Notes: generated by a model from the sequence alone, not told the origin. Numbered from the stretch's first letter, positions 1-14,090 are shown. The stretch is DNA of 64,000 bases from the human T2T-CHM13v2.0 reference genome, Homo sapiens (GCF_009914755.1 NC_060938.1), one strand, 5' to 3'. Program-made: numbers and translations.

Positions 1-675
1 TACTAAGAAATATCACCAACAGCAACTACATCAAGAAACCAAGAAGATGACCTTTAATGGAATATTTGATGGACGCTGAAGTGAGTCTATTAACAAAAAC
101 AAACAAAAAGAATCAGGGACTACATTTGCCATTAATTCTAAAATTGTTGCCATTTAGGGCCTCACTGAAATATAGGGCCCCAAATAGCTGTTGCTCTTCC
201 AATAGCAGTTCTCATATTAAATGATGAATTTGCAAGGCATGCCCCCTAGAATTTCATCTGTTCACCTTGAGAAAATGTCAATAACTTCTATAAAGAAAGA
301 GTGGCCCTAGTTATAGTTAGTTAGTTCCAAGTCTATGTTTAACCTATTAAGAAATAATTCATACCTAGTATATATTTTTAAAAAACACTAAAATCTACTC
401 TAAATTTTCCTGATTTTTTAAACTATGTAGGAATTATATAATAAAATGTGATTACCTAAAAGAATGTTCTGGTTTTTAGGAAATATACAATAAAGTACTT
501 AGGATTAAAATAATAAGATGGCTCCAATTTGCAAATAGTATAGAAAGAAGAGAGAGAGAGAGAACACACTACCAATATATTCAAATGTAATTAAGAAAAA
601 AAATCTGGATAAAAGGGTATATAGGACTTTCTTCTACCATTCTTGCAACTTCTTTGTAAGTTTAAAATTATGTCA

Positions 676-970
<295 letters not shown>

Positions 971-993
971 TATAGTATATCAAAGTAAGAGTT

Positions 994-1019
994 ACACACA
1001 CACACACACACACACACAC
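994..1019. repeat. (CA)n microsatellite
   Basis: Uninterrupted AC run. Confidence 0.95.
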
Positions 1020-1409
1020 GTCAGTGTACAATCAGGCAAACTGAGTCTATGTTAAAATTCAGTCATTACTATCTTTAATGGATGGAATGGAGTTTAGAGT
1101 AAATAGTGCAGGGAAGGTAGGGTTATGAGGTTTTAGTGTTCTCTTTCTTAATCTGCATTCTGATTACCAGAGTATTGTTCACTTGATAAAATTTTATCAA
1201 ATTGTGCCCTGATAATCAGAATGTAAGAATGTCACATTTTCTATAAGATATCCTTCAATGAATTTTAACAAAAATACTATGAAAAAATAAATTTCTCTTT
1301 TTTTACTTGATTACCCTATTTTAGAATGCATATGTTTAGTGTCTGTACAGTGATAAGAAAATACCTCAAACAGGATTTAAAAAAACATAAACAGATGTAA
1401 ATGACACTT

Positions 1410-1715
1410 TTATATTTTATTTATTTATTTATTTATGATAGGATCTCACTCTGTCACCCAGGCTATAGTGCAGTAGCATGATCACAGCTAATTTCAGCCT
1501 TGAACTTCTGGTCTCAAGTAATCCTCTCAAGGCAGCCTCCCGTTTTGCTGGGACCACAGACACGTGCCACTATGTCTGGCTAATTTTTTAAATTTTCGGT
1601 AGACAGGGTCTCACTTTGTTGCCCAAGGTGGTCTTGAATTGCTGGGCTCAAGCAGTTCTTCAGCCTCAGACTCCCAAAGTGCTGGGATTATAGGCATGAG
1701 CCACCAGGCCTGGCC
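1410..1715 (-). mobile_element. Alu SINE, AluJ class
   Basis: T-rich tail first, then GCATGATCACAGC...GCCTTGAAC (AluJ-type) and GGGCTCAAGC, ending GCCACCAGGCCTGGCC; heavily diverged. Confidence 0.92.
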
Positions 1716-4700
1716 ACTTTTCTTTAATTGAAGTGCTATAGCCAATACCAAAGTTGGTGGCCTCCCATCCAACTTACAATTTACAGTATAGCACCTATAC
1801 ATTTAGTCTGCTGACTCTAAATGTCTCCCAGTAATCAAACTGTGTGTGAAATTCATAGTATGGGGCACACTATTTTTTAATCATTCTAACTACTGTAATT
1901 ATGTCCTTATCTGTATTCGTGTCCTGAAAGTTTATGCGAGTACAATTAGCATAATGACATTTAAGTTATTTCATGTTTGTGTGCATGCATTTACTGGACA
2001 TTGCTATTTTTTAAAACTTTGCATTTTAAATTTCTACTTTTCATCCAAGAACTCTCACAAAATATTTGACTTACCTTCTTTTGTTTTTACATTTTTCTGT
2101 TCTTCAATTTTTTCATTCATCCAACATATACTTAAATATCTAAGTTTTAATGTAATTACATATGCCGGTATATTTGCCTATAATCATCATGCAAATAGAA
2201 AACACTTTTAGAAGCTTCCTCTTTCATACCAAATTTAAACCATAAGGTCTAAAGGAAGTACTTAGAGGTTGTGGTATACATGCATTTATTTTACTGAAAA
2301 CTGAAAATAACCCAGACAAAAGGATGAAACATATTGGGAATTGGTATGATACATAAGATATCTTTCACTCAGAAAAAAAGTAAGAATATACCATACTAAG
2401 TTCATTTTCTTCCAAAATTTTAGACGATTATTTAAAGTTGGATCCTTTCATTTTCTAGGGCTGCATATCCTTTTTCCTAAAGAGGAACTCCACATTTTAT
2501 AAGTTGCAGTTCCCACAAAGACTAGATCTGTCCCTAGTTTTCATGAACTATACCTGGGAAACCAGAGGTATGGCAATCCTAAAATGAATATGGGAAAAGA
2601 GTTCCAATAGACACACATTCCCTTCCCCTGGTGAAAATGAAGACAGAAACAAAAAAAAAGATATTATGTAATATAAAATAAAACAAATGTTCATTACATT
2701 TGAACCTGTATTCTCTTTTCTAAACTGAGTTTCAGAGGGCAAGGAACATGTCCATCAGATACTACTTTCTATCCAGTACACATAGTAGCTGCACAATAAA
2801 CATTTATGACATGAATTAATTAGCATTTCTCTGGCCTGCCAACGCCCTGTATATAGAAAATCTGTAAATTTCCACTAACTTTAAAAATACTCATATTTTC
2901 CTGGAACAGAAAGTAAAGATTACATGGTAGACAAAATTGCATCTGTCTACTAATGATTACCATGTAGTCTTTAGTAGATGGCCTTGTGGTTCTCAGTAAG
3001 AGTCAAGTGACAAAGGAGACAGAGGGAGCAAAGCTGAAAGACTTTAATAAACTCTCTTTGCAAATAATGTTTTTATTCAATGTCAACTGCTTATTAAAAC
3101 ATCCCAGGGCTTGACTCTTCTGAGTCTTTTATATACTTCTTTTCTACAACAAAGGAGAAAGTAATCACTATTGATTTGGGCACATATCAAAAATGCAAAA
3201 AAGAGAAATAAATGAACAGTTGCATTTCAATTGTGGCCACCATACAGCTAATAGTTTATCATAACTCTTAAAGGTTGGTCCCTAGGCTCTCATACAGGTT
3301 CACCCTTTGCTGACCTCTTACAATCTTTCTGTCAGCATTTTGAATGCTACTGATTCTGTGAGTAATATTTGCAACGGAGGTCAGACAGGCCAGTAAGTCC
3401 AGCGTGCCCTCTCACTTACGAATTCCCCTTCTTTTGTGGCTTTTCACCATGGGTTCACATGTCATGGCCTCTACATCGCAAACTGCAGTAAGCAAATTTC
3501 AATCCTGAGTGAAAGGAGAAAAAAGCAAATCCTACTTGACTATTGCTAGCTTGTTTACACGATAGGGCTAGAGTAAGCTGAAATCAACAGAGTATAAAGA
3601 AAAGAAAGTCCTCTTGCAGTAACATACACACTCATTTTCAGACTCATAGTTAAAATGCAGTCTTTTATTTGTCACTACCACTGCATTATTATCAGAGGAT
3701 TTATATGCCTATAGCTGCCAGAAGTGTCACCAGCTCTGACAATGCCCATTTTGGGGTTTTTTCCGATTGCTTATTTTATTTATAGTCTTGATGAAATTGG
3801 GGCAGTCACAAAACTGATTAGCGATCTGGCAAACAGGGTCTGCTCTGCTAATGATCTGTGTAAATATTGTGCTGCAGAGCCTTTCTGTGACAGGTCATTG
3901 CTGCTAACAAACCGCAGAATGCAAACAGAGACCTGTGCTGCCTTCACTGCAGATGCACAGCAGCCAGCTTACACTGACAAAGCAAATGAAAATCCTCTTG
4001 TTGTCGATCATCTCAAGTAAAATGGCCTAAAAATCAATTCTAGGATAGGCTTTCTTTCTTTCTCGAAGCTTTAATCTGGCGATGATGACAGTGATAATGG
4101 TATTTCATTATACACATAAAGTAAGAGAGAAAAACGTAACAAAACAAGATATCAAAGATGAATTTAAACAATGGATTGTGAAAGCCTTGTTGCTTGCTTC
4201 TGTTTTTAAAAATATTTTGCTATTTTTTCTTGGCTGCTGCCGTTGCTACAGTTGTAGTCTGCACAGAATGAAGCCTTAATCACACAGTCATGCTGAAACA
4301 TGTTTACAAAGGTAAAATTAATGGGCTTATCTTAAGCAAGATGTCTTTCTATGGCATCATTAACATGCTTTAGATTTTTTAAATAAATGTGTTTTTATTC
4401 TTCCAGTACATCAGAATTGGAATTGGAGTCATGTCAAGATGTTCTCACTGGCAAAGACAGGAGGAGGTTAAAATAGCTCCTTGTAGGGCAGTAACCTCGG
4501 GAGAAAAAGAACTAATAGAAAATAAATGGCAAGTATTTTTTTTGAATCATTTGTATGATAAGCTTATAATGTACTTGTCTCAATGCAGAAAGCACAGGGA
4601 AAAAATAAATATGTCCTCATCACATTGGTAGACAAAGCACTAAGCACGTAGGCTGTCAGAAATTCAATATCCCTTTCTCTTTTCTATATCCTCTACCAAA

Positions 4701-5385
4701 CAGAAAGTTTCACATAAATCTGAGACTTCAGATGTCTATGTGACTTGAGTACAATTTCCTTTTTCGTCTTTGTTTTTCCTTTACTTACTCGTTTCCCTTT
4801 ATTCTTACCTGAGATATAGAGAATAAAAAATAACACTATAGAATCAACCTTTTTTTCTAGGTAATTTAGAATAAATTGTCCAGAACATAAAAAGGATAAT
4901 GATGGCATTATGTAAATTTGAGACCAAAATTTTCTGAATCAAATTATTTTTACATAGATAATGATTCACTTCTCATTAGGAACAATTAACAAGTTTGAAT
5001 AAATAAAAAGTAATCTTAATAATACGACAATACAATTTAGCCTTCTTGCATTATCTTTTTTAGTCTAAATATTTAATTATTATAATTTCCACAAAATTGA
5101 AATTACACTGCAATTCTTTTCTTTACAAAATAATCACAATAAAATATTTTAATCAAGAAACTGAGCACATACAATTATTATTCTATGTCCATAAAATTTT
5201 TTTGCAGAAAACATTTATATAAGAATTTCAGTAGTCAAACATTGAGTAGCAGGAAAATACTATGAAAATTTAAAAACCAAACAAGCACTGGAAACAGAAT
5301 GGATACGAACAGAAGCAAGTATTCTCCTGTATTTATAATTGTGGTACTTTACAATATATGTAATATATCTTTAGAAAGATTGTCT

Positions 5386-5520
5386 TTTATTCTCACAGAA
5401 ATTCTATGAGCCAGGCAGAGGAACTGTTTTTGTTCCCGTTTTACTTCTGTAAAAACTGAGTCTCAGAATAACTGTGCTCCCCAAAAGTATAGAATGATTA
5501 AAGGTCAGAGACAGAGCTTG
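5386..5520 (-). mobile_element. MIR fragment
   Basis: CCCGTTTTACTTCTGTAAAAACTGAGTCTCAGA resembles the reverse MIR core CCCATTTTACAGATGAGGAAACTGAGGC. Confidence 0.6.
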
Positions 5521-6061
5521 CATATTTTCATATTTGTTACACTTTTTTAGCTATTGTTGTCCAAGAGTACTCTTACTTTTGAGATACTTTATTTCACTGT
5601 TCAGAATTTTTATATTTGTATGATTATAACAAAATAATCAGTAAATTTCATTTTCGGGGATTAAAAATTAGGTTGTGGAGCTACATTAGGTTGTGGAAGT
5701 TGTGCCCCATCTGAGACAAATCTTGGATTAATCAGTGATTGATAAAATTATTGAAAGTTTAGTTTTTCAAAGAAATTGGCATAAAAGTACATTAAGCTAA
5801 GCTTTATCTGGTAAGATGGAGAACTAACATGATGCGGGCTTCTTTCTGTGACCACAACCCTGAAAATGGCACAGAAATCAGCATCTAATACTAAAAGATG
5901 AGAGAAACCCTTGCAGTTACAAACCACAGTAAAGTCTGCGAGTAGAGAAAAAAATGACAGCAAAGAGCAGAAAAGTCAGATGTAAGGGAACCAGAATATG
6001 CTGGGGCGGAAGTTTTTAGTGGTCACCATTTCCTTTCATTGCATTCCTGTATTTTTTTCTG

Positions 6062-6200
6062 CTCTTTCAATAGTTAGAGTACCCACAGTGTGCAAGGCAC
6101 TCTTCTAAATAGTGAGAATACCCTACAGAGCCAGAAAGACAAAACCTTGACCAAATGGAGCTCCCATTCTGACAAAACTAGAGTTGAAAAGAGACCACTG
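6062..6200 (-). mobile_element. L2 3' fragment
   Basis: GAGTACCCACAGTGTGCAAGGCACT...ATGGAGCTCCCATTCT resembles the reverse of the L2 3' end. Confidence 0.55.
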
Positions 6201-6673
6201 CTAACTCCTTTAAAGCCATTTTGGAGTCGGCCAGGCAGAATATGACTCAGCCTAGCTTGGAAAATGAGGAAATAGTGACAAGTGCAGAAAGACCATCTGA
6301 ACCCTAGGCATTCTCCTCTAATCCAGCTACTCCATACAATGAGTGTTAGAATGGTGATTAAAACTGAGGGAGACCAGTCTTGGTAAACAGCACCACCCAG
6401 GACACATGGACACATGAATACACCAACTTTTATGGAGGAGGAAGGCAAACAAAGGGTGGCAGAATCCAGTTATTTCCTAAGGAGTCCTTCATTGTAAACA
6501 CTTCTGGTGGGTCAATCTTGAGCCTGATTTTAGTGCCATGTATTCTTAATCAGCATAATAAATCTTACCAGGAAAAAAAATAGGCCTCAAAGGAATTCAA
6601 TGACTCTAAAATAAAATACATGTATATCGAAGACAACTAGATTTACAAAAATTAACAATAGTTTAAAATATGT

Positions 6674-7008
6674 GACCATGTGTGGTGGTTTATGTCTGTA
6701 ATCCCAGCACTTTGGGAGGCCGAGACAGGAGCATTGCTTGAAGCTAGGAGTTTGAGATCAGCTCGGGCAACCAAGAGAGCCCCTGTCTCTACAAAATAAA
6801 TAATAATTAAAAAAAAAAAAAGCTAGGTGTGGCGGCATGCACTTGTAGTCCCAGTTACCAAGGAGGCTGAGGGAGGAGAATCTCTTGAGCCCAGGAGGTC
6901 AAGGCTGCAGTTAGCTAGGAGGCTGTCACTACTGCACTTGCTCCAGCCTGAGTAACAGAGAAAGACATTGTCTCTGAAGAAATAAAAAAGAAAGTTAAAA
7001 TAAACCCA
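6674..7008 (+). mobile_element. Alu SINE, AluJ class
   Basis: TTGAGCCCAGGAGGTCAAGGCTGCAGT (AluJ type); flanking AAAATATGT on both sides (6665-6673 and ~7009-7017) is a probable TSD. Confidence 0.92.
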
Positions 7009-7019
7009 AAAATATGTAT

Positions 7020-7440
7020 AGTAAATGTTCTCAAAGACATAAGGCAAAATATTTGAAACCTGAAGAAGAAATTAGCAATCATAAAATATTTTTTCAGTAT
7101 GAAAACCATATCTGTTGAAATGAAGGATTAAATATATGGTATAAACAGCAGAAGGGTTAAATTTGAGGAGTGCTCATTAGTGAGATGGAAGATAATGTTC
7201 AAATAATAACAATTTTTTTTTTAATTTAGAAAACTAGACTTTACATGTACTGCTGATGGGAGTACAGACTGATGCAACTATCCAGAGAGCAATGTGGAGT
7301 GAAATGAAATCCAAACCTATGAACCAGCAATCCTACTCTTGATCCACATGGCAAATCAACTTAAGTTTAAACTCATGAAAGGATATGATATCCATTAGAG
7401 ACATCTGTTGTTGCAGGGAGTTGGAAGGAGGCAAAGAATC
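7020..7440 (+). mobile_element. Old L1M (L1ME-like) fragments
   Basis: ORF1-like ATTAGTGAGATGGAAGATA and 3'-like TACTGCTGATGGGAGT...CCAGCAATCCTACTCTTG. Confidence 0.5.
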
Positions 7441-7451
7441 TATCACTGTAA

Positions 7452-7452
7452 T

Positions 7453-7498
<46 letters not shown>

Positions 7499-7509
7499 AC
7501 ACACACACA
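7452..7509. repeat. Long (CA)n microsatellite
   Basis: ~58 bp CA run with rare TA interruptions. Confidence 0.95.
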
Positions 7510-7532
7510 ATTGTTTATAAAAATGGAATACA

Positions 7533-7955
<423 letters not shown>

Positions 7956-8169
7956 TCAAAAACAACCACAAAATTTTATAGTTTTCAAAAATGCATATTC
8001 AAGGGCCTACCACAAACACATGAATGCAATTGAAGTAAGAGGGAGAAGCAGAAGGAAATAAAAATAGAGATTAGAGATTAGGGTAAGATAAAATAATTAG
8101 ATAAAATAAATCAAGAAATTCCTATTTTATTTATCATGATAAGAATGTACTTTAAAAAGAGGATGACTA

Positions 8170-9353
8170 CATAAAATGAGTTAGGGAGGAGTACCTCTTT
8201 TTCTATTTGGAATAATTTCAGAAGGAATGGTACCAGTTCCTCTTTGTACCTCTGGTAGAATTTGGCTGTGAATCCGTCTGGTCTTGGGTCTTTTTTTTGG
8301 TTGGTAGGCTATTAATTACTGCCTCAATTTCAGGACTTGTTATTGATCTATTCAGGGATTTGACTTCTTCCTGGTTTCGTCTTGGGAGAGTGGATGTGTC
8401 CAGGAATTTATAAATTTTTTCTAGATTTTCTAGTTTATTTGTGTAGAGGTTTTTATAGTATGCTCTGATGGTAGTTTGTATTTCTGGGGGATCAGTAGTG
8501 ATATCCCCTTTATCATTTTTTATTGTGTCTATTTGAGTCTTCTCTCTTTTCTTCTTTATTAGTCTGGGTAGTGGTCTATCTATTTTTTTGATCTTTTCAA
8601 AAAACCAGCTCCTGGATTCATTGATTTTTTGAAGGACTTTTCATGTCTCTATCTCCTTCAGTTCTGCTCTGATCTTAGTTGTTTCTTGTCTTCTGCTAGC
8701 TTTTGAATTTGTTTGCTCTTGCTTCTCTAGTTATTTTAATTGTGATGTTAGGGTGTCGATTTTAGATCTTTCCTGCTTTCTCCTGTGGACATTTAGTGCT
8801 ATAAATTTCCCTCTAAACACTGCTTTAGCTGTGTCCCAGAGATTCTGGTATGTTGTGTCTTTGTTCTCACTGTTTTCAAAGATCTTATTTCTTTCTGCCT
8901 TAATTTCATTATTTACCCAGTAGTCATTCAGGAGCAGCTTGTTCAGTTTCCATGTAATTGTGTGGTTTCGAGTGAGTTTCTTAATCCTGAGTTCTAATTT
9001 GATTGCACTGTGGTCTGAGAGACTGTTTGTTATTATTTCCATTCTTTTGCATTTGCTGAGGAGTGTTTTACTTCCAATTATGTGGTCAATTTTAGAGTAA
9101 GTGTGATGTGGTACTGAGAAGAATGCATATTCTGTCGATTTGGGGTGGAGAGTTCTGTAAATGTCTATTAGGTCTGCTTGGTGCAGAGCTGAGTTCAAGT
9201 CCTAAATATCCTTGTTAATTTTCTGTCTTCTTGATCTGTCTAATATTGACAGTGGGGTGTTAAAGTCTCCCACTATTATTGTGTAGGAGTCTAAGTCTCT
9301 TTGTAGGTCTCTAAGAGTTTGCTTTATCAATCTGGGTGCTCCTATATTGGTGC

Positions 9354-9386
<33 letters not shown>

Positions 9387-9505
9387 ATCGTCGGCACTCC
9401 TTGTTGCATTGATCCATTTACCATTATGTAATGCCCTTCTTTGTCTTTTTTGATCTTTGTTGCTTTAAAGTCTGTTTTATCAGATACTAGGATTGCAACT
9501 CCTGC
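8170..9505 (-). mobile_element. Inverted 5' portion of an L1PA7-like element (ORF2 endonuclease to pre-RT region, pseudogenised)
   Basis: Minus-strand ORFs give [24 protein letters not shown] and [16 protein letters not shown]...[10 protein letters not shown], all L1 ORF2 endonuclease motifs. Confidence 0.95.
9354..9386. repeat. (TA)n expansion inside L1 ORF2
   Basis: TA run at the L1 site normally reading TGCATATATATTTAG. Confidence 0.85.
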
Positions 9506-11100
9506 AAGGCTACAGTAACCAAAACAGCACGGTACTGGTACCAAAAGAGATATATAGACCAATGGAACAGAACAGAGGCCTCAGAAAAAATGCCACAAAT
9601 CTACAACCATCTGATCTTTGACAAACCTGACAAAAACAAGTAATGGGAAAAGTATTCCCTATTTAATAAATGGTGCCGGGAAACTAGCTAGCCACATACA
9701 GAAAACTGAAACTGGACCCCTTTCTTAACGCCTTATACAAAAATTGACTCAAGATGGATTGAAGACTTAAACATAAAACCTAAAACATTAAAACCCTAGA
9801 AGAAAGCCTAGTCAATACCATTCAGGCCATAGACATGGACAAAGACTTCATGACTAAAACACCAAAAACAATAACAACCAAAATTGACAAATGAGATCTG
9901 ATTAAACTAAAAAGCTTCTGCACAGCAAAAGAAACTATCATCAGAGTGAACAGGGAACCTAAAGAATGGGAGAAAATTTTTGCAATCTATCCATCTGACA
10001 AAGGGCTAATATCCAGAATCTACAAGGAACTTAAACAAATTTACAAGAAGAAAAAAATCCAAACAATCCCATCAAAAAGTGAGTGAAGCATATGAACAGA
10101 CACTTCTCAAAAGAAGACATTTATGCGGCCAAAAAACATATGAAAAAAAATTCAATACTGGGCTTTACAGAAATGCAAATCAAAACCACAATGAGATGAT
10201 GAATTCATGTCCTTTGTAGGGACATGGATGAAGCTGGAAACCATCATTCTCAGCAAACTATCGCAAGGACAAAAAAACAAACACCGCATGTTTCTCACTC
10301 ATAGGTGGGAATTGAACAATGAGAACACATGGACACAGGAAGGGGAACATCACACACCAGGGCCTGTTGTGGGGTGGGGGGAGGGGGGAGGGATAGCATT
10401 AGGAGATATACCTAATGTTAAATGACGAGTTAATGGGTGCAGCACACCAATATGGCACATGTATACATATGTAACAAACCTGCACATTGTGCACATGTAC
10501 CTTAAAACTTAAAGTATAATAAAAAAAACACAATGAGATGCCATGTTATGTCAGTTAGAATGGATATCATTAAAAAGTTAGGAAACAACAGATGCTGGAG
10601 AGGATGTGGAGTAATAGGAATGCTTTTACACTGTTGGTGGGAATGTATATTAGTTCAACCATTGTGGAAGACAATGTGGTTATTCCTAAAGGATCTAGAA
10701 CCACATATATCATTTGACCCAGCAATCCCTTTACTGGGTATATACCCAAAGGATTATAAATCATTCTACTATAAAGACACATGCACATGTATGTTTACTG
10801 CAGCAGTATTCACAATAGCAAAGACTTGGGACCAACAAAATGCTCATCGATGACAGACTGGATAAAGAAAATGTGAAACATATACACCATGGAATACTAC
10901 GCAGCCATAAAAAGGATTAGTTCATGTCTTTCACAGGGACACGGATGAAGTAGGAAACCATCATTCTCAGCAAAAGTACACAGGAACAGAAAAACAAACA
11001 TCGCATGTTCTCATTCATAAGTGGGAGTTGAAAAACGAGAACACATGGACACGGGCAGGGGAACATCACACACTGGGGCCTGTTGTGGGGTGGGGGGCTA
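9505..11100 (+). mobile_element. Sense 3' portion of the same L1PA7-like element (ORF2 C-terminus + 3' UTR), interrupted by a younger L1
   Basis: CAAGGCTACAGTAACCAAAACAGC... and RCWRGC...LLHCWWEC zinc-knuckle region (ORF 10533-10853); ends at GGGTGGGGGGCTA. Confidence 0.93.
10199..10528 (+). mobile_element. 5'-truncated young L1 3' end (L1PA4-like) nested in the older L1
   Basis: Complete L1PA 3' UTR with CCTAATGTTAAATGACGAG and A tail; TSD AAAA(C)CACAATGAGATG at 10182-10198 and 10525-10540. Confidence 0.93.
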
Positions 11101-11905
11101 AATAAATATAAATATAATTTAAATATATACATAAATATAAAATATGTTATGACTAAATTCTTTGTTAAATAAAAAGTGAATGAACAAGTAAACGAATGAA
11201 TCAATAAAGGTAGATCAGTAAGATTGGACCTGTTACTTTTCTGATACACTTCTGTCAGCATCTGTGCCAAGCTTTGCCTAACCACCTTAAGCTCCCAATG
11301 GTCCCAAATTCTTTATTCTTGACAAATGAACTCATTTCCACTTTATTGAAACCATCAGTGACCATCTATGAAGAGCTCCTTTATGTACCTATAAATCATC
11401 CTAGCTCACATTTCCCTACATTTGAAATCACCCATTCTTGAATTTTCAGTGCCCATTGTCCAGACTAACTTTTCCACTAGAACTTTAAATTCAATCAATT
11501 CCTTTTATCTCTAGCATCAAATGTTCTCTATCAACTTTAAGCTGTTAATCCTCTGTGGTTCCTCCTGTACTAATGCAGACTCATGCTAGTCCATTCCAAA
11601 AGACCTCATTGATATGGCTGTTATTACATAGTCCCTCCTTTATTAAAAATATTTCATCTCTAACTCCCTATTGTAACAATGTGTTGTTATGCTTCCTGTT
11701 AAGTTTCTTCCTAAAACTTTTCATTAATAACCTACTAAGAAATAAAATATACTAACATTGTAGTATTCTGTGACTAAGATATCTAAAGTTTGGTTTGATA
11801 GTCCATTTACGGAGTAGATTTTCCCATCTCTTTCTTTGGGAAAACGAACCTAGCCAAGCCCAGATTTGTGTGTCTATGTGAATCAATAACACTTCAGGAA
11901 GGAAG

Positions 11906-12150
11906 TATGACATAGTGGTTAAGGTCACAATCTCTAAAATCAGACAAAGTATATTCAAATGCCAATCTTAGCAGTTATTAGGTATGTAAAGTTGAAGAAT
12001 TTCATTACATCTTCTGATACAATTGTCTCATCTGCAAAAGTGTGTATTGGTAGCATAGGCATTATATTTTTGTGAAAATTAAATAAAACAATAAATACAA
12101 AATAATATTTTTAGTGTTAGGCTCATAGTAAAGGGATACTATGTATTATT
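11906..12150 (+). mobile_element. MIR, near full length
   Basis: CATAGTGGTTAAG...TTCAAATGCC...CTCATCTGCAAAAGTG...GTGAAAATTAAAT...CATAGTAA follows MIR consensus order. Confidence 0.75.
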
Positions 12151-12959
12151 GTCATTTCACTGTGGCTCTTGTTATTTTTGAAGGATAGAACAGTCTACTA
12201 AATGTATTGTAATGTAATGAAAATAACTAAGCCATGTTATTCTATTACTTTGTAAAGTATCTCTTGTTTTTCATTCATTAAAAAACATGCCTCTCTTTTG
12301 GGGACTCTCCATTGTCTTTTTCTTCTAGTCACATTGAAGTCTGTTTGCCTTTGAAGGTAGCCACATTAACTCACTGTCCATAGGGAAAAATCTCACCCCT
12401 TTATATGGAAGGAAGTACAGATTTTTGATTCCTGAGTCCTGCTAATACAAGTAGCACCTCACACTTTACCTAGATTGATATCCCTCTTTCTCCACTTCTC
12501 AGCTTGCAAAATGGAGTGGGCAATTGTTTAAGGGGAAAAGTGTATGTGCTTTCAAATTCCAGTTCACTTCTCATTAGTGAAATCTGTGGATTGGTGAATA
12601 CACTTAATCTCCTGAATTACACTTTGCAAAAACAACCAACACTTTTTCTGAGACACAATACAATGCAATTTCATACTAAAGAAAGAATATTACCTATTAG
12701 CATAATCATGTCCATTATTTTAATAATAATAAATGGATATTCGTTATCCATTTTTGTGCTGAGAATCATTTGGTGTTTTATTCCTTTCCTACAGCCCTGA
12801 AGGTATCAAAATTCTATAGCAGTAGTAAATAGTAATCTTTGTTGTTAGAGAAAAAGGCAATGGTTTTGATTAAATTCTGCTTTGAGGTAATCTGATTAAG
12901 ATAGCATGTTTTGTGGGAGAAATTTGCGATCAATGTCTTTCTAATATTATTATTTACTG

Positions 12960-14090
12960 TAATATTTTTAAAATCTATCAACCTGTCCTTTCAAGGCTTT
13001 TATAACATGAACCTATCCTGAATATTTTTCTTTCTGTCTAATGCTTTATTTCTTTTCTTGATTTTTAACTTTCCGTCTAAATCACTATTTTTTCTCAAAA
13101 TAGTGTAAACCATCATCTCTATGTAAATGATTATACTAAAAGCACATCATAATCCCTATCCTGAGCTCCAGTCTCAAATTTCCAACTTTTTTCTGGTCAT
13201 TTTCATTTTTTACTTTGATATACATATAAAGAAAACAAACAAACAAAAACTAGCAAAAACCTAAAACTGGCTCCAGCTCTTATGCCAGGTGCTATGAGTA
13301 AAGGACAAAGTTCCTGACTCAAGTTTCTCCTATTTATGTCAAAGGTACTAATTGTCAAACTGATTAAAAATTTGTGGTCACAGACATTGTCATTACCTTA
13401 GTTTGCCTATGCCTACTCAGATACTTAAATTCTTTTCTTCAATGATTTCTCAAATTTATTTCTACTTTCTTTACCTTCTGTGACCCTTACACTTAAAAGG
13501 TGAAAGTGGAAGACACTCTTTTGATTTTTTTTTTGAATGTACACAATACATGTTATTCCCTGACTCTCCTTTTGATGGATAGCCCTTTTTTGGGCAATTT
13601 ACAATCATTCTTTCTTTTTTTGATTATTTATGAATAAAGTTCAAATACTCACATCTAATATTCTAAATCCTTCATAATTTGTCCCAACATTTACTTCTAA
13701 TTGTATATTCAAATATTCTGAAACAATCACATCATTCTGTCTAATGTATGCATTCTATACTTCTGAATGTTTTCTATGCTTATCACCAAATTTGCACTTG
13801 TCTTTTAAATAATCCATAATGCATTTTTCCTCTTCCCCATATTATTATTCCAAGTATCACATAATAGGAAGCTCTATTAACCTTTCTTTGATCATCATAG
13901 TCCACGATGGCATCTCCCTCCTTAGAAGACCCCCAGTATATATTGCACAGCACTTTTCTGAAAGTTACTTTTTTGTGTTTATGTTTCTTATGTTCAGACC
14001 TGGATATTAAGTGACCTGAAGATAAAAGATCTGTATTCTACATTTTCTGATCACACATAGCACTTACTAAGGAACTATACACATAGCAAT
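12960..14090 (+). mobile_element. Degraded L2 fragments
   Basis: CATCTCTATGTAAATGA...CCTGAGCTCCAG and a 3' end like CATAGCAC; boundaries approximate. Confidence 0.45.

Noticed and set aside
3724-4020. 98-aa ORF in unique sequence
   Set aside because: It starts at GTG, has no recognisable protein similarity and no convincing flanking splice sites; a non-coding element explains the block better.
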